Shown here: piece by piece, positions 60,427-64,000 of the stretch
How the letters are laid out: each line of letters starts with the position of its first letter
Numbering within the stretch: the first letter of the stretch is position 1
Assembly (NCBI GenBank): GCA_020137815.1
Contig: CM035361.1
Span: forward strand, 5,580,001 to 5,644,000
Direction of reading: 5' to 3'
Length of the DNA stretch: 64,000 bases
Origin: Hormiphora californensis
Lineage: Eukaryota; Animalia; Ctenophora
Notes under the pieces: generated by a model
Told to the model about the DNA's origin: nothing
Seen by the model: the letters and a program-made list of their open reading frames with translations, nothing else
Database searches by the model: none
Translations under genes and position numbers: made by a program

Positions 60427-62023
60427 TGTCAAACCGTACCAACTACCAGCTCTGAAATTCCGAATTGGTCTGGCCTTTTGGTACTTAACCAGTAATATTA
60501 GTAGAGGGGGTAGGAGCACCGGGAGGTAATGAGTAAACACACACACACACATTGAGTAAGCTAAATTTAGCCTAGCTATTTTCCGGCTGGATATAGGGAT
60601 GAGGTACTGGCAAGATATAGTAGGATCGCTATTGCCCACATGTCAAGTTCATTCGGATATACGAGATTAAAAGGTTGGGTGGTCAGAGGGTTGCTGACAA
60701 ACTTTTCGGGTATTTTCCAGTAAACTAGGACCAATTTGCAGTCTTTTGCGACAAACTGGATGCAAATCGGTCTTGTGGATCGCGTGCAACATCCCTTGAA
60801 AGAAACGACCCTTTTTAGGGGCGGAGCTGACACCTGTGTGCGGGGGGTCGCGCCAGGTGTCTATGTCACCAAGTCACAGGGACCGTCTAAGCTTCGCTTT
60901 GCCTGTAACTGGGGGTCCACTTAGCTCTCATACGCAGTCGGTCATCATAGCGCTGGCAAGCGCCCGGGGCCCAATCCTCCCTCCCCCCAACCATCCTTCC
61001 CTTAAAAATGTCCATTTTCCAAGCATTCTTGCTTCCAGTGAATGGAAAATCGAAATTGCGGAAAAAAAAATTTTTGAATTTTTTGAAAATTTTTGAAAAT
61101 TTTGACAGCGCTACTATACTTATTGTCTGAAATCGGCAATTTCAACTTTGTTTTAGACAACCTTCCCGTTGTCCTACGAACTTGCCGCTTGGTAGTTCGT
61201 GTTGCCTTGACACCTAGAGCACACGTTCAAAATTTCATGCAAATCGGAGTTACGGTTTTGACGTTACAGAGGGTCGTATTTTAGACAAAATGTCCGTTTT
61301 TAGCGTGACGAACCACCGTAAAGTAACCACTTTTTTGCGTACACGATGGAGGCCACAGTTTTAAAGCTATCACCATGAAACTTTGGGAGTCGGTAGGTCT
61401 AGTGGTGTACCTTGTATTAAAGCTTGGACAGAGAAAACGGACAGTCATAACAAAAGTTATGACTGTCTTAAGTTTTCTTTGGCGTCTAAGACAGCCTTCC
61501 CGTCGTTCTACGAATACGCCGCTTGGTACGTAATGTTGTCTCGACATCTTGAACACACTATCAAAATTTCAAGCAAATCCGAGTTACGGTTCTTCAGTTA
61601 CGGGCATCTGACTGTATTAAGATTTAAGACGATTTTCAAAAAACCTAGAAAAGAGCAAATTAAACTATAAATCATGATTTTATCACATATTATTTTGCGA
61701 ACGTAGGTTAACTGCTGTATTTTCAGATATAATTGGAAGTCATATCTAGATTTATGACTGTCTTAAATTTAAGACGATTTTAAAAACGCCTAGAAAGAAG
61801 CGTTTCAGAGTCTAAATTAATATTGAATCGAATTTATTTTATAAAATAAGGTTTACTGCCGCATTTTCAGTTATAATGGCTAGTCATATCTAGAGTTATG
61901 ACTGTCTTAAATATAAGACGATTTTTTTTAAAAACGAGAAAAGAGCGAATTAGCATCTAGAACCTGATTGTAACAGATATATTTGATTATCAATGCTTAT
62001 CCGTGATCGTTATCCGTAACTAA

Positions 62024-62898
62024 CGTGTTGGGCATAAAAAATGTCCCCCCTAGACTAGCATAGTTCCAGATATCGTAGAGCTCTAAAATTTTACACAGTT
62101 ACTCTATGGGACAAATAAATAGGTTCCACAAAATTTAAAACTTTTAGCTCAAAGTTCATTTTTTTGATCGGAATGAACATTATCACTTATTCCAAAAAAC
62201 ATGATTTTTCGGTCCAAAAGTTCAGCAATTGTCTTTGGCTCTCAATTTTCTTTCAAATGCGACCAAAAAAAGCCAAAACGGCCAACCACAAGGCACACAG
62301 TGGTCATGTTTCTGACTGTTAGTCAGGTCATGTGATCCCCACCGAATCGTGTAAGTTATTCTGAATTGCTAATCAGGATTAGTTGTGGAGAATCACGTAT
62401 CACAGCCGCTAATGAGGGATGACGATGATGATTGGCCATGAGATCCGAAGCTCATTAACAAGTCACCTCTTTACCCAAGTGCTCCCGAATCACATGTCGC
62501 TTCTTCGATACACATCCCTCATTAGCGACTGTGATACGTGATTCTTCCCCACTAAGCCTGATTAGCAATTCACGATTCGGTGGGGATCACATGACCTGAC
62601 TAACAGTCAGAAACATGACCACTGTGTGCCTTGTGGTTGTCCGTTTTGGCTTTTCTTGGTCGCATTTGAAAGAAAATTGAAAGCCAAAGACAATTGCTTG
62701 ACTTTTGGACCTAAAAATCATGTTTTTTGGAATGAGTGATAATGTTCATTCCGATCAAAAAAATGAACTTTGAGCTTAAAGTCTGAAATTTTGTGGAACC
62801 TATTTATTTGTCCCATAGAGTTACTGTGTAAAATTTTAGAGCTCTACGATATCTGGAACTATGCTAGTCTAGGGGGGACACTTTTTATGCCCAACACG
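62024..62898. mobile_element. 875-bp foldback MITE with TTAA-type target (piggyBac-like)
   Basis: ctaa|cgtgttgggcataaaaa...tttttatgcccaacacg|ttaa; arms over 330 bp. Confidence 0.85.
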
Positions 62899-63265
62899 TT
62901 AATAATCAAAATCAGAGAATAATCGTGGAGAACCAATCGCGGATATCAATCGCTGATAACTAATAATTAATAGTAATCGCGGATAACTAACCACGACAAC
63001 TCATCGCGAATGAGTAATATGATAGTTACCAATCGCGGATAGCTAATCGCAAATATAGCTAATCGCGATAGCTAATCGCGATAATTAATCGCGATAATAC
63101 TTATAACAGATTCGTGATCAGTTATCTGCGATTGGTTGTCCGCGATTACTATCATATTTGTTATTCGGAATTGATATCCGAGATACTAGATGACATGAAT
63201 TTTTTAATACAAGCTGCAGCTTGTATTAAAAAATGCATACATCATCTAGTATAACAAAATGCCTG

Positions 63266-63712
63266 ATACTAGATCCAAAAACCAAACAAGTTTGGTGGAT
63301 AGCCGGGGCCGCAGAAATTTAAAAACGTGCGAAAGTTTTGATACATGAACTTTCGGGGCCTGGGGTGCTGTTAAATTCGCGTTTCCATGATAGTCAGCCG
63401 TTCTTTCAAAACACACTATTATTCTGTAAAACAGACTCTGAAACGATCCACTGCGTGCAGTATATTATACGTGATATGTGTGGAGCTATTTGTATGATAA
63501 TGTGGAATCAAAAATAGTTATAGTGATAGCTTGCAATCATTGCGATAGTTTTCCTGGCGTATAGTTTGAAAATGTTGCTGGTTATAATCATGGAAACGCG
63601 AATTTAACAGCACCCCAGGCCCCGAAAGTTCATGTATCAAAACTTTCGCACGTTTTTAAATTTCTGCGGCCCCGGCTATCCACCAAACTTGTTTGGTTTT
63701 TGGATCTAGTAT
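63266..63712. mobile_element. Inverted-repeat element with 126-bp perfect arms (63266-63391, 63587-63712)
   Basis: atactagatccaaaaaccaaacaag... / ...cttgtttggtttttggatctagtat. Confidence 0.8.
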
Positions 63713-64000
63713 GCAACCATATAAAAGGTACTGAAAACCACTACTAGTGGTTGGGATGTAATAGCCGAGTATATATGAGAGCTAAGTGGTCCCTCGGTTA
63801 CAGGCAATGTTAACGGGGGCGACGCAGGACGCTTAGACGGTCCCTGTCATATGACCACCCAACCTTTTAATCTCGTATAATATCCGAATGAACTTGCATG
63901 ACATGTGGGCAATAGCGATCCTACTATATCTTGCCAGTACCTCAACCCTATACCCAGCCGGAGAATAGCTAAATTGAGTTTGTGTGTGTGTGTTTACTCA

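Overview
This is eukaryotic (animal) draft-assembly DNA: AT-rich, spliced genes, dense repeats, a 100-N gap at 15858-15957 and several noisy, error-rich tracts. The gene families suggest a non-bilaterian marine invertebrate, probably a ctenophore (inference). Four spliced host genes can be modelled by hand. (1) A minus-strand secreted protein with two tandem copies of a Cys/Trp beta-rich module (9009-11920). (2) A plus-strand gene for a small basic, disordered protein (24256-38092) with three alternative first coding exons, all starting M[HQ]AAR and phase-compatible with shared downstream exons; one carries the PKI-type core RRNAI. This is the best candidate for an undescribed system. (3) 3' exons of a MIT-like plus CxxC zinc-finger protein (about 44.7-45.9 kb). 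(4) A 3-exon, about 1059-aa GRL101-like GPCR with LDLa repeats but no LRRs (47405-50764). The rest is mobile DNA: a gag-only Gypsy-type LTR element with identical LTRs, a decayed RTE-X-like LINE, a non-autonomous Helitron, and many MITEs and foldback elements. These include a 1640-bp near-perfect palindrome with Chapaev-type ends and a 1458-bp Mutator/Foldback element with a 9-bp TSD.
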